From Dehalococcoidia bacterium (GTDB taxonomy: Bacteria; Chloroflexota; Dehalococcoidia; Lucifugimonadales; UBA3495), in contig CBDDEJ010000010.1 of assembly GCA_965226915.1 (NCBI GenBank), forward strand, positions 772,190 through 836,189: a stretch of 64,000 nucleotides of DNA, read 5' to 3'. Position numbers and translations under genes: made by a program. Of the stretch, positions 40,346 through 51,768 are shown one piece after another. The notes under the pieces were generated by a model that saw only the letters and a program-made list of their open reading frames with translations, did no database searches and was not told where the DNA came from. Position 1 is the first letter of the stretch, and the number at the start of each line of letters is the position of its first letter.

Positions 40346-41554
40346 TTGGAAACAGACTTACTACCATCAGCATCGGTGTTCGCCGTATCCCTGGTTCTGT
40401 TCTTCTACGTCAGCCTCCTACACCATTACTCCTACGCCACGAATCTTTTCACTAGGGAGGGTAGATCCTCCCACTGGTTGATTGCGGCCCTGATACTTTT
40501 TAAGTATGGATGCGTCATGATTCTGGCGCTGGCAGGGCTTGCCGTGGTATCCACGATCAACGGGATAGGCTGGTGGACCGCATCATTTTTCGCTTTGGGA
40601 TTGCTGGTTTTGCTGGCCGCCATTGACCGGATCACTGCGTGGTCAGGCATACGTTCGCTTCATTGGACGGCTCGATGGCTTAGGCTTGTCGTGGCTCCCC
40701 GGTCCCGGGCTGTAGAAGGATTTGAAGCGTCTGGCCAAAACGGTTCATCCCGCGGCTCGAATACCGATGAGTCTTACAACGGTGACCCTTCCATACCTGA
40801 GGAACCGGCGCTTACCGAAGAAGAATTGATCAACCTAGACCGGCGCGACCGGGAAATGTTCCGTTCGATTCTGCGCTTGGACGTGACCGACGCTCATGAG
40901 ATCATGGTGCCCCGCCTGGACATGGTTGCCGTAGGCACTGATTGCAGCATCCAACAGGTGGCTGAAGCTATGGTGAATGGAGGTCACAGCCGCCTTCCGG
41001 TTTATGAGCAGACCGAAGACCGAATAGTCGGAGTCGTGCACTCTCGGGAAGTCCTGGCCGCCCTGGCAAGCGGTGAAGACGCGCCGGCGCTTACAGACCT
41101 GTTGCATCCGGCGTTTTTCATTCCAGAGACCAAGCGCCTCGACGAATTACTAGACGAATTGCAGGAACGGGGCCTTCAAATGGCCATAGTCGTGGATGAA
41201 TACGGCGGCACCGAGGGTCTGGTCACGATGGAAGACCTTCTGGAAGAGATAGTTGGGGAAATCGAGGACGAGTTTTCCCGAACCAGGGATTCCGAGTTAG
41301 TGCATATGCCGGACGGAACTGTGGTGGTGGATGCGGGTATATCAACCACTGAGATAGAAGAGTTGTTCACGACCAAGATCGAGAGCGACGATATGGATAC
41401 TGTGGGAGGATATGTTTACCAGACCCTGGGCCGCATTCCCCAGCCTGGAGACTGGGTGACAACTGACCATTTGAAGATCGAAGTCGTATCGATAATGGGT
41501 AGGCGGTTGCGAAAACTAAAGGTCGGCAGAATCGATGACGAACCCATCTGCTGA
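40346..41554 (+). CDS. hemolysin/CNNM-family protein (TM region, CBS pair, CorC_HlyC domain)
   Basis: Motifs DAHEIMVPR, VDEYGGTEGLVTMEDLLEEIVGEI and GGYV. Confidence 0.8.
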   Translation: METDLLPSASVFAVSLVLFFYVSLLHHYSYATNLFTREGRSSHWLIAALILFKYGCVMILALAGLAVVSTINGIGWWTASFFALGLLVLLAAIDRITAWSGIRSLHWTARWLRLVVAPRSRAVEGFEASGQNGSSRGSNTDESYNGDPSIPEEPALTEEELINLDRRDREMFRSILRLDVTDAHEIMVPRLDMVAVGTDCSIQQVAEAMVNGGHSRLPVYEQTEDRIVGVVHSREVLAALASGEDAPALTDLLHPAFFIPETKRLDELLDELQERGLQMAIVVDEYGGTEGLVTMEDLLEEIVGEIEDEFSRTRDSELVHMPDGTVVVDAGISTTEIEELFTTKIESDDMDTVGGYVYQTLGRIPQPGDWVTTDHLKIEVVSIMGRRLRKLKVGRIDDEPIC

Positions 41555-41587
41555 TGTGGGCTAACGAGATGATACTTCGGTAAAGGT

Positions 41588-41621
41588 AAAAGAGACCGCC
41601 CGAGATTGGGCGGTCTCTTTT
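41588..41621. terminator. bidirectional rho-independent terminator between convergent genes
   Basis: AAAAGAGACCGCCC, loop gagatt, GGGCGGTCTCTTTT. Confidence 0.7.
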
Positions 41622-41645
41622 ACGGATCCGGTGGTAGGCGCTTAG

Positions 41646-42566
41646 CTAGTCCTTGGCGACCAACTCGCCGTTGATCACCAGCCGGTGGTCATACACCAGC
41701 CTCGGCACGCAGGACACCAAGTGGATGGTGCTCTGCCCAGTGTCAAACAATTTCAACTCGCTCTGATGCATCACCCTCGTGGACGTCACACGGTATAGAA
41801 AACGGCCCTGGGCGTTCTGAGAAATGATGAATACGTCCTCACCGTTCTGTAGCTTGCCGGGTATCTTAGTCAGGTTGTAAAAAACCGATCCTTCATTGGA
41901 GATTGGGCTTTCGGTATGACCAAAGAACCAAGCGCTGTTGCCTTCGCCCGCGTCGGCGGTTGCGGATATATGGCCCACTGTATTCGCCGGGGTTTCATAG
42001 GAACGGCTGCCGACAAGGTCAATGATGGACAGTTCCTTTACCGAAGAATCCACTCCGATTGAAGGTATGATCAAACGTGTGGCGGGTGCTTGATCCTGAA
42101 GAGGTTCTCCGATGGCCAAGGGAGTGAATCCCTGTAGCAGCATTTCTTCGCGATAGGACAGCGGCTCGTACGACGCTGGGTAACTCCATGATCCTGGGGT
42201 TATCCCGTCTCCCGGATAGAGCCGCTGGCTGGAGATGGCGGAGGCTGGAAACGTAAACGGCGCCGGGCTGACACTGGCTGCAGAGCCGGGCGCATCGGCT
42301 GGCAAACCGTCCTCAACCAAGGAGTCGACGCGGCCGGCCGGCAGAGATGAATCCATCACGCCCTGGTCCAATGGGGTCTGAGAGTTTGGCTGTGCGGAGG
42401 CGTTTAATTGCGGAAGATTGCCCTTGGCAACGGCGGCATAGGCGTAGTAGGCCCCGCTGGCGGCCAAAAGCATGACGCCCAGGGCAACGATAAAAAAACC
42501 TGAAGAGTTGTAGAAGTGCTTCCGCAGGCGTCTGCGGATCAGTAGATAATCGTAGCCGGCTTCCAT
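41646..42566 (-). CDS. sortase-family transpeptidase with N-terminal membrane anchor
   Basis: FFGHT (His), HLVSC (Cys) and a C-terminal Arg region. ATG at 42566 follows AGAGGTGG. Confidence 0.65.
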   Translation of the reverse strand: MEAGYDYLLIRRRLRKHFYNSSGFFIVALGVMLLAASGAYYAYAAVAKGNLPQLNASAQPNSQTPLDQGVMDSSLPAGRVDSLVEDGLPADAPGSAASVSPAPFTFPASAISSQRLYPGDGITPGSWSYPASYEPLSYREEMLLQGFTPLAIGEPLQDQAPATRLIIPSIGVDSSVKELSIIDLVGSRSYETPANTVGHISATADAGEGNSAWFFGHTESPISNEGSVFYNLTKIPGKLQNGEDVFIISQNAQGRFLYRVTSTRVMHQSELKLFDTGQSTIHLVSCVPRLVYDHRLVINGELVAKD

Positions 42567-42680
42567 ACCACCTCTTGTGCCTTCGACTCCCCGACATTCC
42601 ACTACCGCAAGGCTCCGAGGTACGTTCAGGGAGCGCAGTCTACCCCATGCCGGCCCATGGCCGGCCGGTGTGCAAGCTAG

Positions 42681-42914
42681 CTATCGGGGTCTGGGAGCGT
42701 TCATCCCGCCCGGTGTAATCGGCTCATTCAAATAAATATCGCCGTTGCGGATTTTGATGTTGAAACCGCAACCGGGGTTGATGCAGACCCAAGCCTTGTA
42801 ATGCACTGCCGCGCCTTGGCCACCGTAATCCGAAAGCGGGACTAATTGACCTATCTCGCATTTCATGCATTTGGGCGTTCCCAGTTCTTCCACTTGTTCC
42901 CCCTCCCAGATCAT
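42681..42914 (-). CDS. small zinc-ribbon-like hypothetical protein
   Basis: CMKC..(26)..CINPGC. Lies downstream of rpoD on the same strand. Confidence 0.45.
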   Translation of the reverse strand: MIWEGEQVEELGTPKCMKCEIGQLVPLSDYGGQGAAVHYKAWVCINPGCGFNIKIRNGDIYLNEPITPGGMNAPRPR

Positions 42915-43068
42915 GCTCCGGCGGTGAGTATATCATCGCCGATTCGTCAATTCCAAGAACTGGCCACTATCTAATTGGCGGGTTTTCGACGATTATAGAT
43001 TTTACAGTTCGAATTCCCCCGCGATGTTATGACAACTCGTCATCGGCCGGTTGCCGCAGCGACTCGTC

Positions 43069-44646
43069 CTACTCTAGAAAATCCCTTAATTTCCGTGACC
43101 GGGTCGGGTGGCGCAACTTCCTCAGCGCTTTGGCTTCGATCTGGCGGATGCGCTCCCGGGTCACACCGAATTCCCGGCCTACCTCTTCAAGGGTCCGGCT
43201 CCTCCCGTCTTCCAGACCGAAACGCAACTGCAACACCCTCGCCTCTCTGTCGGTTAGCGTGTGAAGCACTTCGTCCACCTGCTCTTTAAGCAACTGGAAT
43301 GACGCCGCATCAGCCGGCGCCGGCGCGTTGCGGTCTTCAATGAAGTCGCCCAAGTGGGAGTCTTCTTCCTCGCCGATGGGGGTTTCCAGGGATACCGGCT
43401 CTTGCGAGATCTTCAGGATCTCCTCCACCTTCTCTGGGCCTATCTCCATCGCTTCGCCGATCTCGTCGGGCGTCGGCTCCCGGCCATATTCTTGCAATAG
43501 GCGGCGGTGCTGGCGCATCAGCTTGTTTATGGTCTCCACCATGTGCACCGGAATGCGTATGGTGCGAGCCTGGTCGGCAATTGCCCTGGTAATGGCCTGC
43601 CGGATCCACCAGGTTGCGTACGTGCTGAATTTGTACCCCTTACGGTAGTCGAACTTCTCTACCGCCCGGATCAGGCCGATGTTTCCCTCTTGAATCATGT
43701 CCAACAGGGCCATGCCGCGGCCGATATACTTCTTAGCCACGCTCACTACCAGGCGGAGGTTGGCTTCAGTTAGATGCGCCTGAGAGCGATCGCTCTCGGC
43801 TTCTACCCGGTTGTAGTATTGCCGGAACAACGGGTCCAATCCCTTCAGCTCTTCCAACGCTTTAGGCTGGGCCAGGGCTTGTTCCAGATCGCCCAACTTA
43901 CAGTCGTCCATGACGTCTATGGCGTCGGGCGGGACCATCCAACTGGTAAGCGAAAGGTTGATGACTTGCTTGTAGATATGTTCGGGCTCTTCTGACATGA
44001 TTTGACCGATATTGGCCAGCATGTCAACCGAGACTTCAGCATCGATAGCATCCCGGAGTTCGGGCGTTTCGGCAACCTGGGACAGCGTCATGTTGCGGGG
44101 CAGTCCCAGCTGGTCTCCCAGCGCGTCCACCAAGGGGGCGGCGCTAACCATTCGGTGCAACAAGCCTGAGGTAAGCTCCCAAGGCCGTGGTTGCCGGCCT
44201 TCCAACTCGACCAGCTCAGTGTCCAAGCCCTTTAGATGCTTGCCACCTTCGATCTTTCGAGCCAGCACTCTCTCGTCTTTAGAGGTGAGCAGCCTAACCC
44301 GGCCGATCTCCCGGAGGTACATGCGCACAGGGTCGTCCAAGACCTCGGTGGTCTCGGCTTCCGGCTCCCATTCGGGCTCCTCATTTTCCGCCTCGACCAC
44401 CGCGTCTTCGGGGCCTTCGTTTGTTTTCTCGGGCGTGGATCCGTCGTCCCATTGGGCGTCGGCGCCTTCCGAGGGCAACTCCCGGGAGGCGGTGGCGGTG
44501 GCCGGTGAGTCGGCCAAGCCTTCATCTCCCTGGCTTCCCTTCACACCACGAATGATCTCCTGGAGATTTTCGCGGTCCTCCGGCTCGTCACGGCTCTCAA
44601 GGAACTCTTCTGGGTTAAGGTCGTTGTCGCTTTTGCGTCTTGCCAT
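43069..44646 (-). CDS. rpoD: RNA polymerase primary sigma factor (sigma-70)
   Basis: Regions 1.2 to 4.2 present, with motifs [37 protein letters not shown] and [17 protein letters not shown]. Confidence 0.95.
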   Translation of the reverse strand: MARRKSDNDLNPEEFLESRDEPEDRENLQEIIRGVKGSQGDEGLADSPATATASRELPSEGADAQWDDGSTPEKTNEGPEDAVVEAENEEPEWEPEAETTEVLDDPVRMYLREIGRVRLLTSKDERVLARKIEGGKHLKGLDTELVELEGRQPRPWELTSGLLHRMVSAAPLVDALGDQLGLPRNMTLSQVAETPELRDAIDAEVSVDMLANIGQIMSEEPEHIYKQVINLSLTSWMVPPDAIDVMDDCKLGDLEQALAQPKALEELKGLDPLFRQYYNRVEAESDRSQAHLTEANLRLVVSVAKKYIGRGMALLDMIQEGNIGLIRAVEKFDYRKGYKFSTYATWWIRQAITRAIADQARTIRIPVHMVETINKLMRQHRRLLQEYGREPTPDEIGEAMEIGPEKVEEILKISQEPVSLETPIGEEEDSHLGDFIEDRNAPAPADAASFQLLKEQVDEVLHTLTDREARVLQLRFGLEDGRSRTLEEVGREFGVTRERIRQIEAKALRKLRHPTRSRKLRDFLE

Positions 44647-44650
44647 TGGT

Positions 44651-46519
44651 CTATCTCCTCCCGGCGAAAACGTTGGTCAACGTGGGATACCGGGCATTTT
44701 GGTTATCTTTGATCCGCTGATTAATCTCAAGTACGTTTTGGTGGTGGTCGTCTTCCAGGTCTGGAGGGTCTTCGGAAAATTTCAATCCTTCCTCTGTTTT
44801 CAATTCCTTTAGATGCCGTTCTTCCAGTCTGATCACGGTATCGCTGAATGCCTGACCGCGCATGGCTAGATCCAGCGGAGGCAGTTGTTTTTCTAATAAA
44901 GACGCCAGATGGCCGGCGACTTCCTCGTTTATCGAGTCCTGCATCAACCGGTGCAGGTCGTCTATGCGGCTATAAATGCCATTCTCGTGGCCGCCATCAA
45001 GGCCTGCCCGTTCCCATTGGGCGAATATCTCCCTGTTTTCGTGCCTCCGGAAATACTCGGCCCTTAATCCGAGTGCATTTTCGGCCAAATCGGCGTGCCG
45101 AAGCAACAACGTCAGGCAGAAATCTTCGATGGGGTCGTTATCCAGTTTGGCAAATGCAGACGCTGTGGTCTGAACATTCCGGTTGGTCCTGGGTTGACTC
45201 CTTCTAACGGCTACCGGCCGTTGAACGCTGGCTCGTAATGTTTCCTGGCTCACTCCCAGGCGGTCCGCCAGTGACTGGAAATAGTGGTCTTGCTGCACCG
45301 GGTCGGCCACGGCCGCTATCAGCGGGAACATCAGCTCCACCAACCTGGTCTTACCCTGAGCGTTGCTGGTGTCTATCTGGTTGCTCAGTGCGTCAAACAG
45401 GTATTCCATCAATGGAGCGCCCATCTGCGTCAGCCGGGTCCATTCTTCGGTGGACCGTCGTATCAATTGATCCGGGTCCTCGCCGGGAGGCAACGTGGCA
45501 ATCTTTAATTCGGGCATCTCCTGGCGCTGGAACAGGGTAGTGTCGCCGGTGCGTCCGGCCACAGGCGCTTGAAACACCTTCCAGGATGATTCCAAGCTAC
45601 GCAGCGTCGCCTGTTGGCCGGCGTTATCCGGGTCCAACGCCATCACCACGTTGCTGGTTAGCCGCTTGACCTGCGTAACCTGGTCTTGGGTCAGAGCCGT
45701 TCCCATGGATGCCACCACGTTATCGAATCCGTGTTGATGGGCCGAAATGGCATCCATGTAACCTTCAACGATGACCAATCCCCTTTCTTTGGCGGCATCT
45801 TTGGCCAAATACAGGGCGTAAAGGACACGGCTTTTATCAAAAATCGGGCTTCTGGGCGAGTTCAGGTATTTTGGTTGCGACTCATCCAAGGCGCGGCCGC
45901 CAAAACCGGCCAGAGAACCATTTCCGTCGCGAATGGGGAACATCAACCGGCCACGGAACATGTCGCCGTACCAACCGTTGTCGCTGGACCGGACCACTCC
46001 CGCCTCTACTGCCTGGGGGGGTGTGACTCCCCTGCCGGCTAGGTGATCCTTCAGCGCACGCCCGCCGGCTGGGCTGAAACCCAACTCGAACTTGTCGATT
46101 GTCGGGCGGTCCACCCCTCGCCTTTCGAGGTAGGCCCGGGCCTGGGCGCCTTGGGTGGAATCCAGCAGTTCTCGAAAATAGACCAGCGCCTCGTCATTGG
46201 CTAGGACCGCCGCTTGCTGGCCGGCCCGCCGCTCCTGGTTGGGCAGGGCTACTCCGGCTTGGTCGGCTAGGCTCTTGAGCGCCTGGCCAAAATCCAGGTT
46301 TTCCGCCCGCATGATGAAGGAGAAAACGTCTCCTCCGGTGGCGCAGGCCCCGTAACAACGCCACGATTGCCGGTCGGGAAAGACGAAAAAGGACGGGGTC
46401 TTCTCTTGATGGAATGGGCAATTAGCCTTATGGCTGCGGCCCGAACGGGTCAACGAGACGTGCCGGGAAACCACTTCCAGTATGTCTAACCGGCTTTTTA
46501 CGTCGTCGACGACGGTCAT
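44651..46519 (-). CDS. dnaG: DNA primase
   Basis: Zinc finger [14 protein letters not shown] and [14 protein letters not shown]. Lies 4 nt upstream of rpoD. Confidence 0.95.
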   Translation of the reverse strand: MTVVDDVKSRLDILEVVSRHVSLTRSGRSHKANCPFHQEKTPSFFVFPDRQSWRCYGACATGGDVFSFIMRAENLDFGQALKSLADQAGVALPNQERRAGQQAAVLANDEALVYFRELLDSTQGAQARAYLERRGVDRPTIDKFELGFSPAGGRALKDHLAGRGVTPPQAVEAGVVRSSDNGWYGDMFRGRLMFPIRDGNGSLAGFGGRALDESQPKYLNSPRSPIFDKSRVLYALYLAKDAAKERGLVIVEGYMDAISAHQHGFDNVVASMGTALTQDQVTQVKRLTSNVVMALDPDNAGQQATLRSLESSWKVFQAPVAGRTGDTTLFQRQEMPELKIATLPPGEDPDQLIRRSTEEWTRLTQMGAPLMEYLFDALSNQIDTSNAQGKTRLVELMFPLIAAVADPVQQDHYFQSLADRLGVSQETLRASVQRPVAVRRSQPRTNRNVQTTASAFAKLDNDPIEDFCLTLLLRHADLAENALGLRAEYFRRHENREIFAQWERAGLDGGHENGIYSRIDDLHRLMQDSINEEVAGHLASLLEKQLPPLDLAMRGQAFSDTVIRLEERHLKELKTEEGLKFSEDPPDLEDDHHQNVLEINQRIKDNQNARYPTLTNVFAGRR

Positions 46520-46722
46520 GCTGACAAAAGCCTATGTGATCTTCTTATGTCCTGCTGCGGCGAATGGATTGTGACTCACCTCCACGACTTCAACCTGCCA
46601 CCCTGTCTACATACCCTTCAACCATTGGTGAAGCTGTTAACTACAACTGAAAATGTATAAAATAAAAACGGGATTAGCCCCAAATATATTCTACCACTTA
46701 TGCAATCGGATTTATAGTAGGG

Positions 46723-48195
46723 TCACGGCGCCGGTGGGTTAGAGCTCGCCAGAAAGTCTCGGACCTGTTGCATTACGGGCTCGGGGTCGTAAGCGTCAAA
46801 TAAAATAGAGGCGTTCCGCATCCAGTCTCCCTGGAAATAACGCTCATAGATCACTTGGCGCGAGCCAAAGGCGCTGCCGGCCACATCCCAAGCCAGGTGG
46901 AACAATTGCACCCGTTCCCGAGCGGTGGCCGTGTCTGTGTCCATGTACTGATTGATTTCTTGGGAGAGAGGGCCTGCGAAGTCCTCCTCCGCAGGCAGCG
47001 CAATCAGGCTGCTGGACCCCAGCAACTGAATGATCTCCACCATCCGGGGATACATCTTTATGAATAGGTTCCGGGCTACCCTGATGGGCATCAGGTCCGG
47101 GCACATCACCCCCCACTGGTCGATTTGGGCGTTGACTTCGGCCGCCAATAGCAACGCTTTCATGATTTCCAGATTCTCGATGATCTCAGCCACCAGGGTC
47201 TGAACCTGCTGGTTGGTCTCCGACCCTAGCGTGTTGATCATTAGATTCGCCAAACCCAAAACAAACTCGCATTTGGCCACGTTTTTGGTGACCACCTGAT
47301 GACCTGAATGGGCGTACTGGTGCGTGGCGTTGCTAAGACCGTTGCAGAGGTCTACGTCGCCATATAGAAATACCCGCTCCCAGGGAACGAACACGTCGTC
47401 CATGAATATGATGGCGTCCATTTCTTCGAACCGGGAGCCCAACGGATGGTCGAAATTGGACCGCTCCAAGTCGAAGCTTTCCCGGCAAAGGAACCTTAGG
47501 CCGGGAGTGCCGCAGGGTATGGAAAAGGCGAAGGCATACCGCCAAGCGTCTTCCGCATTGGCCAACTGGGAATTTCGCACCGGGTAAACGGCTATCTCGT
47601 CGGACAAGGGCCCCAAAGTAGCCAATACCCTCGGACCTCTGACAATGATCCCGGAATCCGTCTCTTTGACCACCTTCAGGGCCACGTCGGTGGTGATAAA
47701 TTGGGAGGAGGCGGCGGGACGGCGGTTCCGCTGCAGGTTCACCAGCGTATGGGTGAGAGTCAGATCGTTCTCTCGGATGTATTCGTAATACTCGATAATG
47801 TTCTTTTTAAATTCTGGCCGGTTCTGGCCGAAATAATCTCCCGCCCCAGCCATGGCCATGATGCTTACATTAAGGAAATCCGGCGTCCGGCCCATCATTC
47901 CGTAGCTGGTGTGGGCCCAATGGGACATCATCACCCGGCGCCGGGCCAATTCCTCGGAATTGGTTGGCATGATGAACGACAGGCCCACAGATTCGCCGCT
48001 GGTGGGAGAGGTGTAGGTCATCTCATCGCGCAACTTGGCGTCGTGTTGCATGTCGTACAGCCGGGCCAAGGAATGGGCGCCCCCGGCCAATCCGGGAAAT
48101 GTGGTGACGTCATCGACTCGTTGGCCCCGTATGTGGATCTCTTTGGTCTGCGCCTTAAGGCCGTCGAGGTACTCCCGGCCGGTTCTTGCTGGCAT
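46723..48195 (-). CDS. 4-hydroxyphenylacetate 3-monooxygenase oxygenase-component family (HpaB-like)
   Basis: N-terminal TGREYLDGL and overall HpaB/HpaH architecture. Substrate unknown. Confidence 0.8.
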   Translation of the reverse strand: MPARTGREYLDGLKAQTKEIHIRGQRVDDVTTFPGLAGGAHSLARLYDMQHDAKLRDEMTYTSPTSGESVGLSFIMPTNSEELARRRVMMSHWAHTSYGMMGRTPDFLNVSIMAMAGAGDYFGQNRPEFKKNIIEYYEYIRENDLTLTHTLVNLQRNRRPAASSQFITTDVALKVVKETDSGIIVRGPRVLATLGPLSDEIAVYPVRNSQLANAEDAWRYAFAFSIPCGTPGLRFLCRESFDLERSNFDHPLGSRFEEMDAIIFMDDVFVPWERVFLYGDVDLCNGLSNATHQYAHSGHQVVTKNVAKCEFVLGLANLMINTLGSETNQQVQTLVAEIIENLEIMKALLLAAEVNAQIDQWGVMCPDLMPIRVARNLFIKMYPRMVEIIQLLGSSSLIALPAEEDFAGPLSQEINQYMDTDTATARERVQLFHLAWDVAGSAFGSRQVIYERYFQGDWMRNASILFDAYDPEPVMQQVRDFLASSNPPAP

Positions 48196-48359
48196 GGAGG
48201 CGACCTCCGTCTGAATGGTTTAACGGGTTAGGGGAGGATTTGGGACTAGGATAATCGAAGAATCCCCCATCCCGAGAGGTTGAATGATACTACACCAAGC
48301 CACGCCTGGTGGTCACGCGGGGGATGCGATGCCGAGGCGTTCCTGCGGCGAGAAAATGC

Positions 48360-49244
48360 TTATGCGCCCAGGTATCGCCTCAGCCAGTTCATAGCGTGGG
48401 CGTTGAAATCGGTGCAGGGAGAGTGGGCTAGATCAGGGTAGATGTGCAGGCCCTTGGGAGCGGTGATCTTCTCGAAAACGGGCATGATGGTGTGGAAAGG
48501 GCAGGTTTCATCCTTCATGCCTATGTCCACCAAAGTATGACAAGTGATGTCTTGGACTAGGTTAAGCGGGTCGAAATATGCCAGCGTGTCCAAGACCGCC
48601 TGCCGCTCCCCCGGGTGCTCGGCGACGTATCTGTTCAACTCGCCGTAAGGGCTCGTAGTGATCTTGATAGACTCCGGGTAGTTGCACAAGAACGGCTCTT
48701 CCGCCACCGCCACCCGCAGGCGGCTGTCCAACGAAGCCGTTGCTAGGGTGAATCCTCCGCCCTGGCTGCGGCTCCACATCCCTAGGCGGCCCGCGTCGAC
48801 CTCGGCTTGGGCGCACAAAAAGTCCAACCCCCGCAGGCAGTCCATGTACCCGCCGCGGTAGTAGTATTTGTCCTTGTCGGTGACGTTGTAGGTTAGTTTG
48901 GCGCCGTGGTCCAGCTTCCACTCGTGCAGGCTTTCGCCTTGCGCCCGGGGATAAAGGGTCAATACGGCGAAGCCGGCCATCACCAAATGCGTTGGGATGG
49001 CTTTGTCGCCGCCGTATCCCGGAACCGCTAGGATGGCGGGCAGTTTGCCAACCGACGGGATGTCCTTGGGGACGGAATACCAACCACGGATGCGTTTGCC
49101 TTGAAATGAGTTCATGGCCACCCGTTGGGTGACAAAATCCCGGGCGCTCTGCTCGGGGGCCTCCTCCACCGAAGAATCCAAAGGGGTTTGGGCCAGTTCT
49201 TGGATGGTCTCAGACCAAAATCTTGCTAGATCCGCCGGCGCCAT
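48360..49244 (-). CDS. acetylxylan esterase / cephalosporin-C deacetylase-family alpha/beta hydrolase
   Basis: Nucleophile elbow SRSQGGG and an AXE1-like N-terminus. Confidence 0.75.
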   Translation of the reverse strand: MAPADLARFWSETIQELAQTPLDSSVEEAPEQSARDFVTQRVAMNSFQGKRIRGWYSVPKDIPSVGKLPAILAVPGYGGDKAIPTHLVMAGFAVLTLYPRAQGESLHEWKLDHGAKLTYNVTDKDKYYYRGGYMDCLRGLDFLCAQAEVDAGRLGMWSRSQGGGFTLATASLDSRLRVAVAEEPFLCNYPESIKITTSPYGELNRYVAEHPGERQAVLDTLAYFDPLNLVQDITCHTLVDIGMKDETCPFHTIMPVFEKITAPKGLHIYPDLAHSPCTDFNAHAMNWLRRYLGA

Positions 49245-49517
49245 GGGGCTGCCTCCTGATTATCTAGAGCTGCGTTTGGATTGGCATTGGAGATGGGCTC
49301 CAACTTACCCACCCGCTGACCGTGTGTCAATAATCTGTGGTCTAGGGCCGGAACCGGCGGCTATTACCCGGCGGCTATTACCGGCTATTACTATGTGCAA
49401 CCGGGCACAACCGGTCTGAACACCGGGCGTAAACACGCGGTCCATGCCGTAGAATAGTCCCTTATCCTCGGTATTGCTCTTCGCCTGTTTATTCTTCGCC
49501 CTGGGAGCCGATCCTTA

Positions 49518-50783
49518 GTGAGTTCTCTCCAACGACCCCGCCTGCCCGTGTTGGCTGTTTTGCGGGACGGCGATTTTCGCAAAATATGGTACGTGGGCAG
49601 CCTCTTTGAGTTTGCACGGCGCACCGAGATGCTGGCCTTAAGCTGGCTGATTCTGCAACTGACCGACTCGTACTTTCAACTGGCGCTGGTGCTGGTTTTC
49701 AACAACCTGCCCAGGCCGGCCCTGTCCCTTTTCACTGGGCTGATTGCCGAACGGTTCGACCGGAGGCTCATCCTGGGTATCGCCCAAGGGGTGAATACAG
49801 CCGCCGCTGCGGTCATTTTAGCGGTAATGATTTGGGATTTTGATCTCATACGAACCTGGCACGTGTACCTGCTCATATTCATACAGGGCGCTATAAAAGC
49901 CGTTGAAGACCCATCTAGGCGCACCGCCATTCTGGACATCGTGGGGCCGAACCGGTTGGTCAACGCCCTGTCTTTGGATGTCATCAGCAATACGACGGGA
50001 AAGATGATCGGCCCGCTTCTGGGCGGGCTTTTACTAAAGTACGCTGACTTCCAAGGCGCCTACATCTTTGTGGTTTCAGTCCACTTGATCAACCTGGTCG
50101 TGATCAGTCGCCTGCGAATCCCTCAATATCAGGGAGCGATCCGTGAAGAGCCGGTATGGAAGAGCCTGGCGGTGGGGATTCGCTACGCGCTGGGAAGCCG
50201 CGAGCTGCTAGGGATGCTCTATGTGACTGTCATCATGAACGCCTTGGCATTCCCGGTGCAGCAATTCGTGCCGGCCGTGGGCCGCGACGACCTCAATGTG
50301 GGCGTGGGATTGGTGGGGGTTTTGGTGGCGGCCGACGGTGTGGGCCAGTTGGCCGGCGCCGGGATGCTCGCTATATCCAGGGACATGCGCAGCCGGGGCC
50401 GGGTTTTCGTGCTGGGCTCCCTGCTGGTATTGGTCATGGTGATCCTTTTTGTCTGGTCGCCGGTTTACGCGGTTTCGTTCCTATGCCTTAGCATCGGCGG
50501 CCTGGGTCAGGCGGCGTTCGGCACGATGCAAAGCGCCATCACCATGCTGGCGGCGCCTCCGGAGATGCGGGGAAGGATGATGGGGGTTCTGAGCGAATGC
50601 ATCGGATTAGGCACCATCATGGGCACATTGGAGATCGGCGCCGTCGCCGGCGCATTTAGCATTCAGCGGGCTATATCGGCCAATGCGCTGGTTGGTCTGT
50701 TGTTGGTTGTACCGGTGCTGGGCCTGACTTCTCTGGTGGGGAAAACCCCAGAGGAAAGGCCCGTCGCTCTAGGAGGCGATTGA
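49518..50783 (+). CDS. MFS transporter (EntS-like)
   Basis: 12 predicted helices and LRDGDFRKIW. GTG start. Confidence 0.85.
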   Translation: MSSLQRPRLPVLAVLRDGDFRKIWYVGSLFEFARRTEMLALSWLILQLTDSYFQLALVLVFNNLPRPALSLFTGLIAERFDRRLILGIAQGVNTAAAAVILAVMIWDFDLIRTWHVYLLIFIQGAIKAVEDPSRRTAILDIVGPNRLVNALSLDVISNTTGKMIGPLLGGLLLKYADFQGAYIFVVSVHLINLVVISRLRIPQYQGAIREEPVWKSLAVGIRYALGSRELLGMLYVTVIMNALAFPVQQFVPAVGRDDLNVGVGLVGVLVAADGVGQLAGAGMLAISRDMRSRGRVFVLGSLLVLVMVILFVWSPVYAVSFLCLSIGGLGQAAFGTMQSAITMLAAPPEMRGRMMGVLSECIGLGTIMGTLEIGAVAGAFSIQRAISANALVGLLLVVPVLGLTSLVGKTPEERPVALGGD

Positions 50784-51049
50784 CACGGGAGATTGGCACG
50801 GGAGATTGACATCGGTTGGCGTGGGCCGTTGTCTGTTGGACCAAAGAGACGGGTTCGAGCTTGCTCCGCTCTCCACCAGGGTTTATATTCCCAGGGATCA
50901 TATCGGGGAAAACCCCAGAGGAAAGGCCCGTCGCTCTAGGAGGCGATTGACACTGGCACGGGAGATTGACATCCGTGGGCCGTTGTCTGGACCAAAGAGA
51001 CGGGTTCGAGCTTGCGTCCACCAGGGTTTATATTCCCAGGGATCATATT
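50739..51049 (+). repeat. tandem duplication (units 50739-50905 and 50906-51049) including the last 45 nt of the MFS gene
   Basis: Direct reading. Unit 2 lacks about 23 nt, spread over four small gaps. Confidence 0.85.
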
Positions 51050-51105
51050 CCCGGACTCACCGTGGGCGTTTCTCCGGCGGCGTGTTCAGGGAACCAGGAG
51101 GCCCA

Positions 51106-51768
51106 ATGCCGGAGATATTTGATTGGCCCGGCCGGTTGAAACAATTGGCGGCCTTCGTTGGCTTGGACCAATCGGAATTGGACCTGATCAAAGCCACGTC
51201 GGACGCCGTCTTGAAAAACGCCGACGACCTGACCGCGGCGGTGTATGACAATTTCTTGAAGTTTCCAGAGACCCGCAGATTCTTTCTGGAAGCCGACGGG
51301 GAAATCGACGAATTGCGCCTCACCCGGCGAAAGCACAGTCTTGGCCGCTGGTTGCGCGGGTCGATCGACTTTAAGATCGACCGTGACTATCCAGTGCGGG
51401 TATTGGCAACCGGCATCGTCCATAGCCATCCCCCCAGCCACCGGGCGCACCTGGGGTCCATCCCCAGCCGGTTTATGATCGCAAGTATGTCGTTCATCCA
51501 GACGGCGCTGGCGGATGTCCTGAGGGAAGAATTGGAAGACACAGACTTGGCGATGCGGGCGTCAATCGCATGGAACAAGATGCTGATGCTGCAACTGGAT
51601 GTCCTACTGGCGGGATACGTATCGGAAACTCCCACCGAAGCCGTTGCTGAGACGGAGCCGGAAGGTCAAGAAAATCCCCATGGCCAGCCGGGAAGCAGTC
51701 CAGAGAGTAATCAGGGAAGCAACGGGCCGGTGGACCATATGAATCTGGAGGAGAGCGGCGATGACTAA
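51106..51768 (+). CDS. protoglobin / globin-coupled-sensor-type globin domain protein without an output domain
   Basis: Motifs VYDNFLKFPETRRFF, RRKHSLGRWL and GIVHSH (proximal His candidate). ATG at 51106 follows AGGAGG. Confidence 0.7.
   Translation: MPEIFDWPGRLKQLAAFVGLDQSELDLIKATSDAVLKNADDLTAAVYDNFLKFPETRRFFLEADGEIDELRLTRRKHSLGRWLRGSIDFKIDRDYPVRVLATGIVHSHPPSHRAHLGSIPSRFMIASMSFIQTALADVLREELEDTDLAMRASIAWNKMLMLQLDVLLAGYVSETPTEAVAETEPEGQENPHGQPGSSPESNQGSNGPVDHMNLEESGDD

Noticed and set aside
50950-50975. Sigma54-like motif CTGGCACGGGAGATTGAC in the duplicated region.
   Set aside because: The spacing between the GG and the TTG(C) elements is off by one, and the -12 GC is replaced by GA. It does not fit TGGCAC-N5-TTGC.
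50739-51049. Possible CRISPR-like or other regular array. The 2 x 15-bp repeat at 19848 and the 12-nt repeats at 3811-3846 were considered here too.
   Set aside because: There are only two or three units, no repeat-spacer alternation and no cas genes. These are simple tandem duplications.
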